Notes under the pieces: model-generated | What the model saw: the letters and a program-made list of their open reading frames with translations, nothing else | What the model was told of the DNA's origin: nothing | Databases searched by the model: none | Part shown: piece by piece, positions 1 to 13,332 of the stretch | Layout: each line of letters begins with the position of its first letter | How positions within the stretch are numbered: the first letter of the stretch is position 1 | Position numbers and translations under genes: made by a program | Origin: an uncultured Gemmatimonadales bacterium | GTDB lineage: Bacteria; Gemmatimonadota; Gemmatimonadetes; Gemmatimonadales; GWC2-71-9 | Assembly (NCBI GenBank): GCA_963825055.1 | Contig: CAWGSK010000034.1 | Coordinates: 128,001-192,000, forward strand | Direction: 5' to 3' | Length of the DNA stretch: 64,000 nucleotides

Positions 1-2
1 CC

Positions 3-584
3 GCCATCCCCGTCATTGCCTCCGCGCCGTTCCGCCCCGCCGACGGCGCCGTCCTGCTGGACTGCCACCGGCGCGGCATGGCCGGCGTGCTGGTGGAAGG
101 CGTGGATGATGCCGTGGCGGGGGAACTGGTGCGGAGGGTGTCGTTGCGCGGCAACCTCGAGCGCGCGCTGGCGGACGGCCCACGGGTGCTCCGGCTCCGC
201 GACCCCCTGCAGCGGCGCGTGTGGGAACTCCTGCTCGCCGGCGTCGAGCGTCCCTCCGCCACCGCCACCCTCGCCCGCAGCCTCGGCATCACCCGGGAAC
301 ACCTCTCCCGCCAGTTCGGTGCCGGTGGCGCGCCCAATCTCAAGCGGGTCGCCGACCTCGTCCGGGTCGCCGCCGCCGCCCTCCTCCTGGCCAACCCGGG
401 ATATACGCGCACTGACACGGCACAGATCCTCGGCTTCTCGTCAGCCAGTCACCTGAGCGCGACCGCCCGCCGCGTGTCGGGACTGCAGGCCGACACGCTT
501 GGCGCCGCGGGCCCGCGTGCGGTGCTGCAGGCGTTCGTGAGGGGACGGATGAGGAGCAGGGGGCGTAAGTCGTTGAGTCGGTAA
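3..584 (+). CDS. AraC-family HTH transcriptional regulator (5'-partial)
   Basis: Frame is open from the window edge. Tandem HTH-like motifs LARSLGITREHLSRQF and TAQILGFSSASHLS. Confidence 0.75.
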   Translation, partial: AIPVIASAPFRPADGAVLLDCHRRGMAGVLVEGVDDAVAGELVRRVSLRGNLERALADGPRVLRLRDPLQRRVWELLLAGVERPSATATLARSLGITREHLSRQFGAGGAPNLKRVADLVRVAAAALLLANPGYTRTDTAQILGFSSASHLSATARRVSGLQADTLGAAGPRAVLQAFVRGRMRSRGRKSLSR

Positions 585-635
585 GTCGCATCACCTGCTC
601 GACGACTCAACCACTCAACCACTCAACTCAACCAT
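565..635. repeat. Inverted 8-bp tandem repeat arms between convergent genes
   Basis: Left arm GTAAGTCG TTGAGTCG GTAAGTCG (565-588); right arm CGACTCAA CCACTCAA CCACTCAA (603-626). Confidence 0.75.
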
Positions 636-2414
636 TCACCCGCTCTCCAGCTCCCTCTCATACACCGCAAAAATGTCCTGCCTCCCGATGATCCCGACCA
701 GCCGGCGCGGGTCCATGGAATCGAGCACGGGTATGATCTGCGCATCGCGCGCGCCGAGTCGCTTGAGGGCGGTGAGGAGGTCATCGTCCAGCGTGACGCC
801 TTCGAGAGCCGCGCTGGCGAGCTCGCGCATGAGGGTCTGCTGGCTCGCGGCGCTCTCGCTCAGCGCCTTTTTCATGTCGGACCAGGTGAAGATGCCCACC
901 AGGTGCTGCTCGCCGTCCACGACGGGAAACTCGAGCTGCGCACTCTGGCGCAGGATCGGCAGCGCGCGTTCCAGTGTGTGCATGGCCGACGCGGTGACAG
1001 GATCGCTCCGGTACGCGTCGGCGACGGTCAACCGGCGCAGCACCGCCTCGTCGGTCCCATGGCTGATCCGCTCGCCCCGGCGGGCCAGCCATTCCGAGTA
1101 GATCGACTCCGGGTAGATACGCCGGGATACCACGTAGGCGAGACTGCCGGCCAGCAGGAGCGGCAGGATGAGGCCGTAATCGTTGGTCAGCTCGAGGACG
1201 ATGAAGATCGCGGTGAGCGGGGCGTGGGCCGAGCCGGCGACGACCGACGTCATGCCGACCAGCGCGAACGCCACCGGCTGGATCTGCGCGTCGGGGAACA
1301 GGGCGGCGAGCGCCACCCCGATGGCACCGCCGAACGTACCGCCCACCACGATGGCCGGTGTGAAGACGCCCCCGATGCCCCCGGCGCCCAGCGTCAGCGC
1401 GGTGGCGAGGATCTTGGCGAGGGACAGCGCCAGGAGGACCCCCGCCGTCTGGGTCAGGACCAGGCCCAGCCGGAGCGTCTGGTGACCGTGGCCCCACAGA
1501 CTCGGGTCGAAGAAGGCGCTCATGGCGCCCACCAGCGCCGCCGCGGCGAGGAGCCGGGCCCATCGCGGGAACCGGTTCATGAAGTCGCCGATGCGCCAGA
1601 CACCGCGGCTGTAGATCACGCTGACCAGCCCGCCGAGCAATCCGACGAGGGCATACAACATGAGGTCGCTGTTGGTCCGGATGCCGTATTCGGTCGGGAT
1701 CTGGACGACCTGGTCCGCTCCGAGAAGGTTGCGTGTCACGGCCGCCGCGGAGACCGACGCCACCACCACCGCCGCGAGCGATGACGTCCGGAAGTTCCCG
1801 AGGATCTTTTCCATGGCGAAGAAAATCCCGGCAATCGGCGCCCCGAAGGCACCCGAGATACCGGCGGCCGCACCGCACCCCACCAGGAGACGGAGCCGGT
1901 TCGGACGGAAATTGAACCACTGGCCGGTGACGCTGCCCATGCCGGCCCCGAGCACCGCGACAGGACCCTCGGCGCCCACCGAGCCGCCGGCGGCGATGGT
2001 GATGGCCGCGGCGATGGTCTTCACCGCCACGGGCCAGGCCTTCAGGACGCCGCCGCGCCGCGCGACGGCGTGCATGACGTCCGAGATATTCTCGCCCGGC
2101 GAATCGTGCGCCCCGAAATGGACGAGAACCCGCACCAGCACCAGACCCAGGACGAGTGCCAGTCCCAGGACGACCGGCTGCGGCATCCGGAGCGAGACGC
2201 TGAGCCCGACCACGATCCGGGTAACGAGGTCGATCAGGCGGTAGAATCCGACAATCGAGAGGCCCGCCAGTAGTCCTACGAGGCCGGCGATGAAGAGCAG
2301 GAGGGTATGTTCGCCCACGCCAAGGCGCATGAGCAACTGGATGACTCGGTCGCTCAGGGTGCGGACCTGGGTGGGCACTGCCATGGCAGCAGTACGGAAA
2401 TCTATGCGGTTCAT
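636..2414 (-). CDS. ClC-family chloride channel/antiporter with C-terminal CBS pair
   Basis: GGSVGAEGP, GAAAGISGAFGAPIAG and GGVFTP motifs; many TM segments; C-terminal CBS repeats. Confidence 0.92.
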   Translation of the reverse strand: MNRIDFRTAAMAVPTQVRTLSDRVIQLLMRLGVGEHTLLLFIAGLVGLLAGLSIVGFYRLIDLVTRIVVGLSVSLRMPQPVVLGLALVLGLVLVRVLVHFGAHDSPGENISDVMHAVARRGGVLKAWPVAVKTIAAAITIAAGGSVGAEGPVAVLGAGMGSVTGQWFNFRPNRLRLLVGCGAAAGISGAFGAPIAGIFFAMEKILGNFRTSSLAAVVVASVSAAAVTRNLLGADQVVQIPTEYGIRTNSDLMLYALVGLLGGLVSVIYSRGVWRIGDFMNRFPRWARLLAAAALVGAMSAFFDPSLWGHGHQTLRLGLVLTQTAGVLLALSLAKILATALTLGAGGIGGVFTPAIVVGGTFGGAIGVALAALFPDAQIQPVAFALVGMTSVVAGSAHAPLTAIFIVLELTNDYGLILPLLLAGSLAYVVSRRIYPESIYSEWLARRGERISHGTDEAVLRRLTVADAYRSDPVTASAMHTLERALPILRQSAQLEFPVVDGEQHLVGIFTWSDMKKALSESAASQQTLMRELASAALEGVTLDDDLLTALKRLGARDAQIIPVLDSMDPRRLVGIIGRQDIFAVYERELESG

Positions 2415-2529
2415 TGGTTTAGGCAGCCGGAGCGTTACGGAGTCGCGGGGCCGCAGGGCATGGGGACTCCGCGACTTCTCGGGGTCTGGACCTCTCGACC
2501 TCCCGCTCGCCTGCGGGCGGGAGAGTGTG

Positions 2530-2564
2530 TTGCGCGCGGCCGGGGATTGTGATAATTTTCACAA
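2530..2564 (+). promoter_or_regulatory. Putative atpA promoter overlapped by a Rex/CRP-type palindrome
   Basis: TTGCGC(2530-2535)-17 nt-TAATTT(2553-2558); palindrome TTGTGATAATTTTCACAA at 2547-2564. Confidence 0.65.
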
Positions 2565-2607
2565 GCTATAACCTAAAACGGTCTTCCCTGTCACGGTAAT
2601 CACACAC

Positions 2608-6760
<4,153 letters not shown>

Positions 6761-6771
<11 letters not shown>

Positions 6772-7363
6772 TGCCGTTCTCGCCCTCATTCTGGGCACCC
6801 TCGCCGCCGCGCCAGCCGCGGCCCAGACCACCGGTACCCCCATCTTCCTGGCGCCGTACATGGCCGGGCAGCGCTCCGAGCTCTCCGCCTACGTGACGGA
6901 CCCGGGTTCCGGCTTCACGGTCGAGGGGATGTACCGCCTGAACCAGGGGTCGTACGACCTCGGCTTCCGCGCCGGCATCGGCGACTCCGACCCGGGCCCG
7001 ACCGTGTTCCTGGTGGGAATGGACTTCCGGACCACCGTCGTCCGCGCAACCGAGAGCTTTCCCCTCGACGGCGCGCTCACCGTGGGTCTGGGGGCGCAGT
7101 TCTCAGACGGGAACAGCATCGGGTTCGTCCCGGTGGGCATCAGCCTGGGCCGTGAGGTCCAGGTGGAAGGCAGCCACACCAGCTTCACCCCGTACGTCCA
7201 CCCGGTCCTGACGCCGACCTTTGGCGACGGCCCTGACGACGTGGAGTTTGGCCTCGGCCTGGGCGTGAATATCAAGTTCACGCCACGCTTCGAGGTTCGC
7301 GTGGCCGGCGGTATCGGCGACCTGCCCGAAGGCGTGAGCGTCGGGATGGCCTTCCTGTACTAG
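6761..7363 (+). CDS. Putative outer-membrane beta-barrel protein
   Basis: Signal peptide ending AAAQ; alternating Gly/aromatic strands; C-terminal aromatic residue (GMAFLY). Confidence 0.65.
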
Positions 7364-7383
7364 GCCTGACCCATAAACGCCAC

Positions 7384-7409
7384 GAGGGGCGCACCGCGGT
7401 GCGCCCCTC
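7384..7409 (+). terminator. GC-rich hairpin, probable terminator of the atp transcript
   Basis: GAGGGGCGCACC-GC-GGTGCGCCCCTC followed by a weak T-tract. Confidence 0.6.
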
Positions 7410-7435
7410 TGTGCTTTCGAGCCCTGTCGGCTTCG

Positions 7436-7464
7436 TTGACGCCCCGGGGACCCGCAAGTAGCTT
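7436..7464 (+). promoter_or_regulatory. Sigma70-type promoter
   Basis: TTGACG-17 nt-TAGCTT upstream of the second beta-barrel gene. Confidence 0.55.
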
Positions 7465-7528
7465 CCCCCGCGACCCGGCCCCCGCGCCGGGCATCACCAC
7501 TGATGGATCATCCTGTGGAGGCAACATC

Positions 7529-8173
7529 ATGAGGAAGATGCTGGCCCTCGCGGCCGCGCTGACGCTCGCCGCCGGCACCCCGCTCGCGGCCCAGAACCTC
7601 GGCCTGCCCGTGGACAACAGCGGCGTGGGTGGTGGGCTCACCCTCGCCGCCACCGTTGGTTTCCCCAATGAGGATGCGGGGAAGGGCACGGCGTTCGGGC
7701 TCACGGGCAAGCTCGGGCTCGGGCCGCTCGGCGTGACCGCCACCGCCTCCACCTGGAACCCGGACGCGTTCAGCGACAAGGTGAACAGCATTGGTGGCAC
7801 CGCCAACCTCAAGATCTTCGGCGGCCCGCTGATCCCGCTCTCGGTCACGCTGCAGGGCGGGGGAGCCTTCGCCAGCGTCAATGGGACCGACCTCGTGCAC
7901 GTGCCCGTGGGAGTCGGCTTCGCGCTCCGCATCCCGAACCCGGCCATCAGCATCAAGCCGTGGGTTGCGCCCCGCCTGGACTACGTGAAGGCCTCGGGCA
8001 ACGGGAACGACTCGGACGAGACGAACTTCGGCTTCAGCGCCGGCGTCGACCTGAACCTGCTTTCCGGGCTCGGATTTCACGCGGCATACGACTATGTCAA
8101 GGCGGACAACGACCTCACGCCGTCCATCTTCTCCGTCGGCGCACATTACGCGCTGCGGATTCCCGGCCTTTGA
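7529..8173 (+). CDS. Putative outer-membrane beta-barrel protein
   Basis: GGAGG RBS; signal peptide MRKMLALAAA..LAAQ; amphipathic strands; C-terminal SVGAHY strand. Confidence 0.7.
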   Translation: MRKMLALAAALTLAAGTPLAAQNLGLPVDNSGVGGGLTLAATVGFPNEDAGKGTAFGLTGKLGLGPLGVTATASTWNPDAFSDKVNSIGGTANLKIFGGPLIPLSVTLQGGGAFASVNGTDLVHVPVGVGFALRIPNPAISIKPWVAPRLDYVKASGNGNDSDETNFGFSAGVDLNLLSGLGFHAAYDYVKADNDLTPSIFSVGAHYALRIPGL

Positions 8174-8553
8174 GCGCCGGAGCCCTCCGGCGGGCGGCAC
8201 GGCAGCTCGTCGCCGTCGTGCCGCTGGTCCTGGCGCTTACCGGGTGCGCCACCACCATCGACGCGTCACTGCTCGGGGTGCCGGCTACGCTGTCCTCGCC
8301 GGATGCCCAACCCGCCCAGGGAGAGCATTTCGAGATCACGAAGAAGGCGGTCTTTGCCTTCTGGGGCCTCATACCGCTCTCGAAGCCGGATGCGCGGAAG
8401 ATCCTGGCGAGCCAGCTGGTGGGGGGGCAGTCGATTGCGGATGTGAAGGTGCGAATCCGGAGCCGGTGGACGGACATCCTGCTCACGGGCCTCACGCTGG
8501 GTATCCTGGCCCCGCGGTCGGTGACGTATGAAGGTACGGTGGTCGGGCCGTAA
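8170..8553 (+). CDS. Small lipoprotein, Bor/TRL-like
   Basis: TTG start overlapping the upstream stop; lipobox LTGC; FWGL and LTLGILAPRSV motifs. Confidence 0.55.
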   Translation: MSAGALRRAARQLVAVVPLVLALTGCATTIDASLLGVPATLSSPDAQPAQGEHFEITKKAVFAFWGLIPLSKPDARKILASQLVGGQSIADVKVRIRSRWTDILLTGLTLGILAPRSVTYEGTVVGP

Positions 8554-8555
8554 GC

Positions 8556-8628
8556 GGTCGAAGGTCAAAGGTCAAAGGTCGAAGGGTCCATGAGAGTGCC
8601 TTCGACCTTTGACCTTTCACCCTCGACC
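8556..8628. repeat. Inverted 7-bp tandem repeat arms between convergent genes
   Basis: GGTCGAA GGTCAAA GGTCAAA GGTCGAA, spacer, then CCTTCGA CCTTTGA CCTTTCA CCCTCGA. Confidence 0.85.
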
Positions 8629-8639
8629 CGTTCGGCCCC

Positions 8640-9503
8640 CTACATCCGCGTGCCCCGCCCCAGCACCGTGTCGTCCTGGTCCCGGAAGACAAAGCCAGTG
8701 GCCTTCCCCTCCGACACGTCGAACTCCAGGACGATATCGTTCATGACGTCGAACAGGGCACCGTTCTCCACCGTGGCCGGATAGAACCAGTTCTCATCGA
8801 CATGGATCAACCACATGTGACCGAGCTCGGGCCACGGTGGACCGTCCCAGTCGACCTGAAGCCGGTCGTCCGCGTGATAGATCCGGAAGTGTGAGGTGCG
8901 GGTCGTGTCACGACTGCCGCGCATCTTGTACATGCCCAAGAACGGCGCGGCGCCCTCGGCGGTGACGGTGCTGGGACGGGACTCGGGCACCTTGATCTCG
9001 ATGGGCACCTTCCGGTCAGACCAGTCCATGACGAGTGTCATGCCGTCGGAGCGCACGACGGGGAACGACCACGTCAGGACTTCCGTTGCCGGCGCGTTCC
9101 GGACGTTGAGCGGGTAGCGGATCTGCTCCGGGCGTTCCTCTGGCGGATCGGTGTGAAACCGCCGCGCATCGGGATCGAGGACCATGGTCCACGCGTCCTG
9201 GTTCACCACGATCCACATCGAGTATTTCCCCGCTGGAACCGCGTGACCGTCAAGCGTGATGTCATGGTTCGTCTCGAGGGTCGTGGCCCAGTTGGCGCCG
9301 GGCGTCCAGACCTCGCCCCAGTGCACGATGCCGCCGAAGATCTCCCGCCCCCGCATCCGGGGGCGGGAGTAGTCGACCGTGACCTTGGTGCCATCAACGG
9401 TCTGGCTGACGGACGCCTCCTCACTGGCGTGGATCTGGGCCCGCGCGGGCGCGGCAAGACCGAGCAGCAGCATGCTCACCGCCAGATGGGTGCGGAGCTT
9501 CAT
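8640..9503 (-). CDS. DUF2911-domain secreted protein
   Basis: VDYSRP.MRGREIFGG..VWTPGANWAT motif; signal peptide; GGAGG RBS before ATG 9503. Confidence 0.8.
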   Translation of the reverse strand: MKLRTHLAVSMLLLGLAAPARAQIHASEEASVSQTVDGTKVTVDYSRPRMRGREIFGGIVHWGEVWTPGANWATTLETNHDITLDGHAVPAGKYSMWIVVNQDAWTMVLDPDARRFHTDPPEERPEQIRYPLNVRNAPATEVLTWSFPVVRSDGMTLVMDWSDRKVPIEIKVPESRPSTVTAEGAAPFLGMYKMRGSRDTTRTSHFRIYHADDRLQVDWDGPPWPELGHMWLIHVDENWFYPATVENGALFDVMNDIVLEFDVSEGKATGFVFRDQDDTVLGRGTRM

Positions 9504-9528
9504 GCAGGTACCTCCGTATGGGGATGAT

Positions 9529-9945
9529 TCAGCCGAATCGAACGTCAATCGCGCGACGGATCTGGTCCAGGGTGCGGCCGGCGTTGTGCAGCCGCCAGGC
9601 GAGTCGTCCCTGGCCCTGGCAGATCTCGCACATCATGGCCATGCCGCCGCTCTCGTAACAGGTCAGAAGGGAATAATACCCCGGCAGGGTGGCACAGCCG
9701 CAGTGGCACCGGATGCCGTCCACGATCTCCGGAATCTGGCGCACCCCGTCATATGCGTCGATCACGTCGGGATGGTCGCGCAGCTGCTCGGCAGTGAGCA
9801 CGCGTGTCGCATCGATGCCCGGACGCGGCTCCGGGTGGTCCGGCCCGGGGGATGCCTGCGCAAGCAGCCGCCGGGGAATGAGCAGCGCCCCGGCAAGGGC
9901 GCTGCTCACGGCAAGGAAATGCCTGCGGGAGGCGGGATCGCTCAT
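9529..9945 (-). CDS. PCYCGC-like Cys-rich protein with a twin-arginine signal
   Basis: SRRHFL Tat-like motif; RCHCGC, LLTCY and CEIC. Confidence 0.7.
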   Translation of the reverse strand: MSDPASRRHFLAVSSALAGALLIPRRLLAQASPGPDHPEPRPGIDATRVLTAEQLRDHPDVIDAYDGVRQIPEIVDGIRCHCGCATLPGYYSLLTCYESGGMAMMCEICQGQGRLAWRLHNAGRTLDQIRRAIDVRFG

Positions 9946-9952
9946 TCCGGGC

Positions 9953-10879
9953 TCACTGATGGACCTTGAGGTCAGGATGGGAGCTCCGCTCGCCGGGCTT
10001 CCGCGCCCGTCCCACCACGATCGAGACATTGTCGCTTCCACCATCGTCCAGAGCGAGCTGCAGCAGGGAATGGCAGATCTGCTCGGAGGAGGTCATGGCA
10101 CGGAGCTGCTGTTCGATCATCGCGTCCGAGACGTGTTTGGTGAGCCCGTCACTGCAGAGGAGGATCACGCAACCGCGCGGCGTGATGTCGAAGCGGCTCA
10201 CCTCCGGCAGGGCCTCGCCCCCACCGATGGCGCTGGACAGCACATGGCGGAAGGGCGAGCCGGCCGCGCGTTCCGGCGGCATGGCGCCGACGTCAATCAG
10301 GTGCTGCGCCACCGTCTGGTCCCGCGTGATCTGCTGGAGGGTGCCGTCATAGTAGTAGTAGCATCGACTGTCCCCGATCTGGACCACGTAGAGATTGGGC
10401 CAGACGGCGATCCCGAGGGTCATGGTGGTGGCCATGCCCTTCGGGTCGCTGCGGGTGCTCGCCGCGGCCCTGACGGTCTCGTGGGCCTCGAGTGCGGCTT
10501 CCTTCAGCGCGGCAAAGAACTCATCCTGGGCCGCCGAACCGGCGGCATGGTAACACCGCATCGTGTTCGCGACGTAGCTCGTGATGGTCTCGGTGGTGAT
10601 GCGGCTGGCCTCGCCGCCGCCTGACCCGCTGCCCACCCCGTCCGCCACAAGCATGATCGTGGCCAGCCGCTCGCCCCGCAGCGGAAGCTCCTCCGGTATG
10701 GGGAGGCTCGTCCCATGGACCACCACCTGCTGGTGCACCGTGCACAGCATGAAGTGATCCTGGTTCTCCTTCCGGACTTTCCCCGGATGCGTGAGACCAA
10801 ACAGGTCGAGCTCGTTGTCCTTTGGTCGCTGCCCGGGCGCCTGAGTGACGCTGACGGTCTGCAGGCCGGTATTCCCCAT
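9953..10879 (-). CDS. PP2C-family Ser/Thr protein phosphatase
   Basis: GKVRKENQD, VADGVG, IGDSRCY, LCSDGL, GGSDNVS. Confidence 0.95.
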   Translation of the reverse strand: MGNTGLQTVSVTQAPGQRPKDNELDLFGLTHPGKVRKENQDHFMLCTVHQQVVVHGTSLPIPEELPLRGERLATIMLVADGVGSGSGGGEASRITTETITSYVANTMRCYHAAGSAAQDEFFAALKEAALEAHETVRAAASTRSDPKGMATTMTLGIAVWPNLYVVQIGDSRCYYYYDGTLQQITRDQTVAQHLIDVGAMPPERAAGSPFRHVLSSAIGGGEALPEVSRFDITPRGCVILLCSDGLTKHVSDAMIEQQLRAMTSSEQICHSLLQLALDDGGSDNVSIVVGRARKPGERSSHPDLKVHQ

Positions 10880-10968
10880 GGAACCTCCTCGGCGGGCCGG
10901 CGGAAATGCCGGTCCAAACCTACTCCCTTTCTAGCACGGTGCACCACTTCGTGGCAAGGGCGGAGTGG

Positions 10969-11325
10969 TCAGGCCCCCGCCTGCTCCGGAGCGCCGCCGA
11001 TCCGGCTGGCCAGGGCGCGGGCGGCCTCAGCCAGCCCGACGAGCTCCTCCCGGTCAAGGTCAACCTTGCCACTGGAGAGGTCGTCGTCCAGGAGGCGGAT
11101 CATGTCCCGGGTCCGGCGGATGCGGAATCGTTCGATGAATGCCTGGTAATCGGACGAACTCCTGGCCGAGAGGAGCGCCCAGAGGCGCAGGCGCATCTCG
11201 TCCACCGAGCTCTTGAAATCCTCCATCGCCTCGGTGGCCACCTCGCCGCGGGAAGCCCGTTCCTCGATGGCCATGAGGGTCGCATACAGCCCGGCAATCT
11301 GTTCACTGAAATCCTTGTGGGTCAT
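10969..11325 (-). CDS. Hypothetical helical protein
   Basis: GGAG RBS before MTHKDF; coherent 118-aa ORF filling the gap. Confidence 0.6.
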   Translation of the reverse strand: MTHKDFSEQIAGLYATLMAIEERASRGEVATEAMEDFKSSVDEMRLRLWALLSARSSSDYQAFIERFRIRRTRDMIRLLDDDLSSGKVDLDREELVGLAEAARALASRIGGAPEQAGA

Positions 11326-11483
11326 GGCGTTCTCCGTAAAACCGGCGGGGTGGAGGGACGGGCACCCGCGCAGTGCTGGCGTGGGTGGTCCACTCATGGA
11401 TATCTTGGAATGCAGGGCCGCACAACCTGATCCCGGTCCCCTGCTTCCCCGTACAGCGATTTGTTCATCCTTCCGGGATTCTC

Positions 11484-12956
11484 ATGCGACGGTCCGTCCG
11501 CTGGAGCCTTGCCATCGCTGCCGCCTTTGCCGGCGGCTTTCTCATGCTGTCCATTCCCAGCCTCGAGTCGGACCCCCCACCGGCTCCTCCGCATGGTGGC
11601 CCGTTCGCCTGGAACCGGGACCAGCTCTGGGACTCGCTCGAGGTGCGCTACCGCGCCGCCAGGTCCGCGGGATGCGACGTGACCGGGCCGGCGGCAGACA
11701 GGGCACTCTCCCGGCTGGCAGGGGTGGTCGCCCGCCTGGGCGAGGCTCCCGCAGGGCCGGACTCTCCCTCTCTCGACACGCTTGAAGCCGCCCTGTTCGC
11801 ATCCGCGCCGCTGGTGTCGGCCTGTCCGGGGCGGCTGCAGGAGTATGTCAGGCTCCAGGAGTTGTCGCGCGCGGCCGTGAAGCGGCAGTCTCGCGGCTGG
11901 AACATGGCCCTCCCCCCGGCGCGAGTCCGCGTCTACCGGGCGCTCTATGGGTCCCGTGCCGCCGTGGAAGAGGCCATGCTGCAGCACCCGGACCGGATCG
12001 CCCCGCTGCTCCGCGGGACTGACGAACCCTCCACGACCCCGTCAGCCATGGTGGAAGGGGTCACCATCCACTCGGGGGATATCCTCGTCTCCCGGGGTGG
12101 ATACCCGACGTCCGCGCTGATCGCGCGGGGGAACGACTACCCCGGAAACTTCTCCCATGTGGGCCTGGTCCACGTGGACAGTGCCGGAACGGTGTCGGTC
12201 ATCGAGGCCCACATCGAGCGGGGCGTCGCCGTTGCGACCGCTGAAGAGTACCTGCGTGACCGGAAGCTCCGGCTGATGGTGCTCCGGGTTCGCGCCGACC
12301 TGCCGGCCATCGTCGCCGACCCGATGCTGCCGCATCGAGCCGCTGCCGGCATGCTCGCCCGCGCCCGCGCCTCGACCATCCCGTACGACTTCGCCATGGA
12401 CTACACCGACCCGGGCCGGTTGTTCTGCTCGGAGGTCGCCTCGAGCGCGTATCATGAGCACGGCATCACCCTGTGGACCGGCCTGTCCACCATCTCGGCG
12501 GAAGGTCTCCGCCGGTGGCTGGGCGCGTTCGGCGTCAGCCACTTCGAGACGCAGGAACCCTCGGACCTGGAGTACGATCCGCAACTGGTGGTGGTGGCGG
12601 AGTGGCGCGGGGCCGCTTCGCTGCGACAGGATCACATCGACAATGCGGTGATCGATGCCATGCTGGAAGGCGCCGAACGGGGAGACCGCCTGGGCTATCC
12701 ATGGTACAGCCTGCCGGCTGGTCGGGTGCTCAAGCTCTGGAGCGTGGCGATGGGGTGGGTCGGGCGGACGGGACCCGTTCCGGCCGGGATGTCAGCGGAG
12801 GCGGCCCTGCGCAACCGCTACTTCTCCGAACGGGAGCGCTCGCTCGCCGCGAAGGTGGCCGCCGCCGCGGACTCGGCGGCGGCCGCCGACGGCTACATGC
12901 CGCCGTACTGGACACTGCTGGCTCTTGCCCGGCGCGCCATGGCGGAAGATGGGTGA
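11484..12956 (+). CDS. Permuted papain-like NlpC/P60 (YiiX/YebB-like) enzyme, membrane-anchored
   Basis: GDILVSRG, FSHVGLV, YDF and LFCSEV, with His preceding Cys; N-terminal TM/signal. Confidence 0.8.
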   Translation: MRRSVRWSLAIAAAFAGGFLMLSIPSLESDPPPAPPHGGPFAWNRDQLWDSLEVRYRAARSAGCDVTGPAADRALSRLAGVVARLGEAPAGPDSPSLDTLEAALFASAPLVSACPGRLQEYVRLQELSRAAVKRQSRGWNMALPPARVRVYRALYGSRAAVEEAMLQHPDRIAPLLRGTDEPSTTPSAMVEGVTIHSGDILVSRGGYPTSALIARGNDYPGNFSHVGLVHVDSAGTVSVIEAHIERGVAVATAEEYLRDRKLRLMVLRVRADLPAIVADPMLPHRAAAGMLARARASTIPYDFAMDYTDPGRLFCSEVASSAYHEHGITLWTGLSTISAEGLRRWLGAFGVSHFETQEPSDLEYDPQLVVVAEWRGAASLRQDHIDNAVIDAMLEGAERGDRLGYPWYSLPAGRVLKLWSVAMGWVGRTGPVPAGMSAEAALRNRYFSERERSLAAKVAAAADSAAAADGYMPPYWTLLALARRAMAEDG

Positions 12957-12960
12957 CCAT

Positions 12961-13230
12961 TCAGGACGGCTCGCGGTCCTCCCTCCTCCCTGACGAGATC
13001 AGCCGTTCCGTAAAGTCCATCCGCTCCCCGATCTCCGCAACCTCCTCCCGAGCGCCCGCCACCTGTTCGCGAATGGCGTCCAACTCCTCCCCCAGGCGGT
13101 CCATGTCGCGCATGCCGGCCTCCAGCCGGCGGATGCGCTGGAACATGGACATTCCGATCCCTACCATGACGCTGGAACCGGTCACGGCGGCGAGGAGGAC
13201 CAGGAGTTGCACCAGCGGATCGAAGGACAT
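12961..13230 (-). CDS. Small membrane-anchored coiled-coil protein
   Basis: N-terminal TM helix followed by heptad-like EVAEIGERMDFTERLI. Confidence 0.6.
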   Translation of the reverse strand: MSFDPLVQLLVLLAAVTGSSVMVGIGMSMFQRIRRLEAGMRDMDRLGEELDAIREQVAGAREEVAEIGERMDFTERLISSGRREDREPS

Positions 13231-13332
13231 GGGTCTTTCCCGGTGAGAGGTCGCGTAGGCCGGTCGCAGCAGCCTGGCGAATCAAACATCGGGAGTCTAT
13301 ATCCCCGCAAGTGAGAGACGTGGCCGGTCTCC

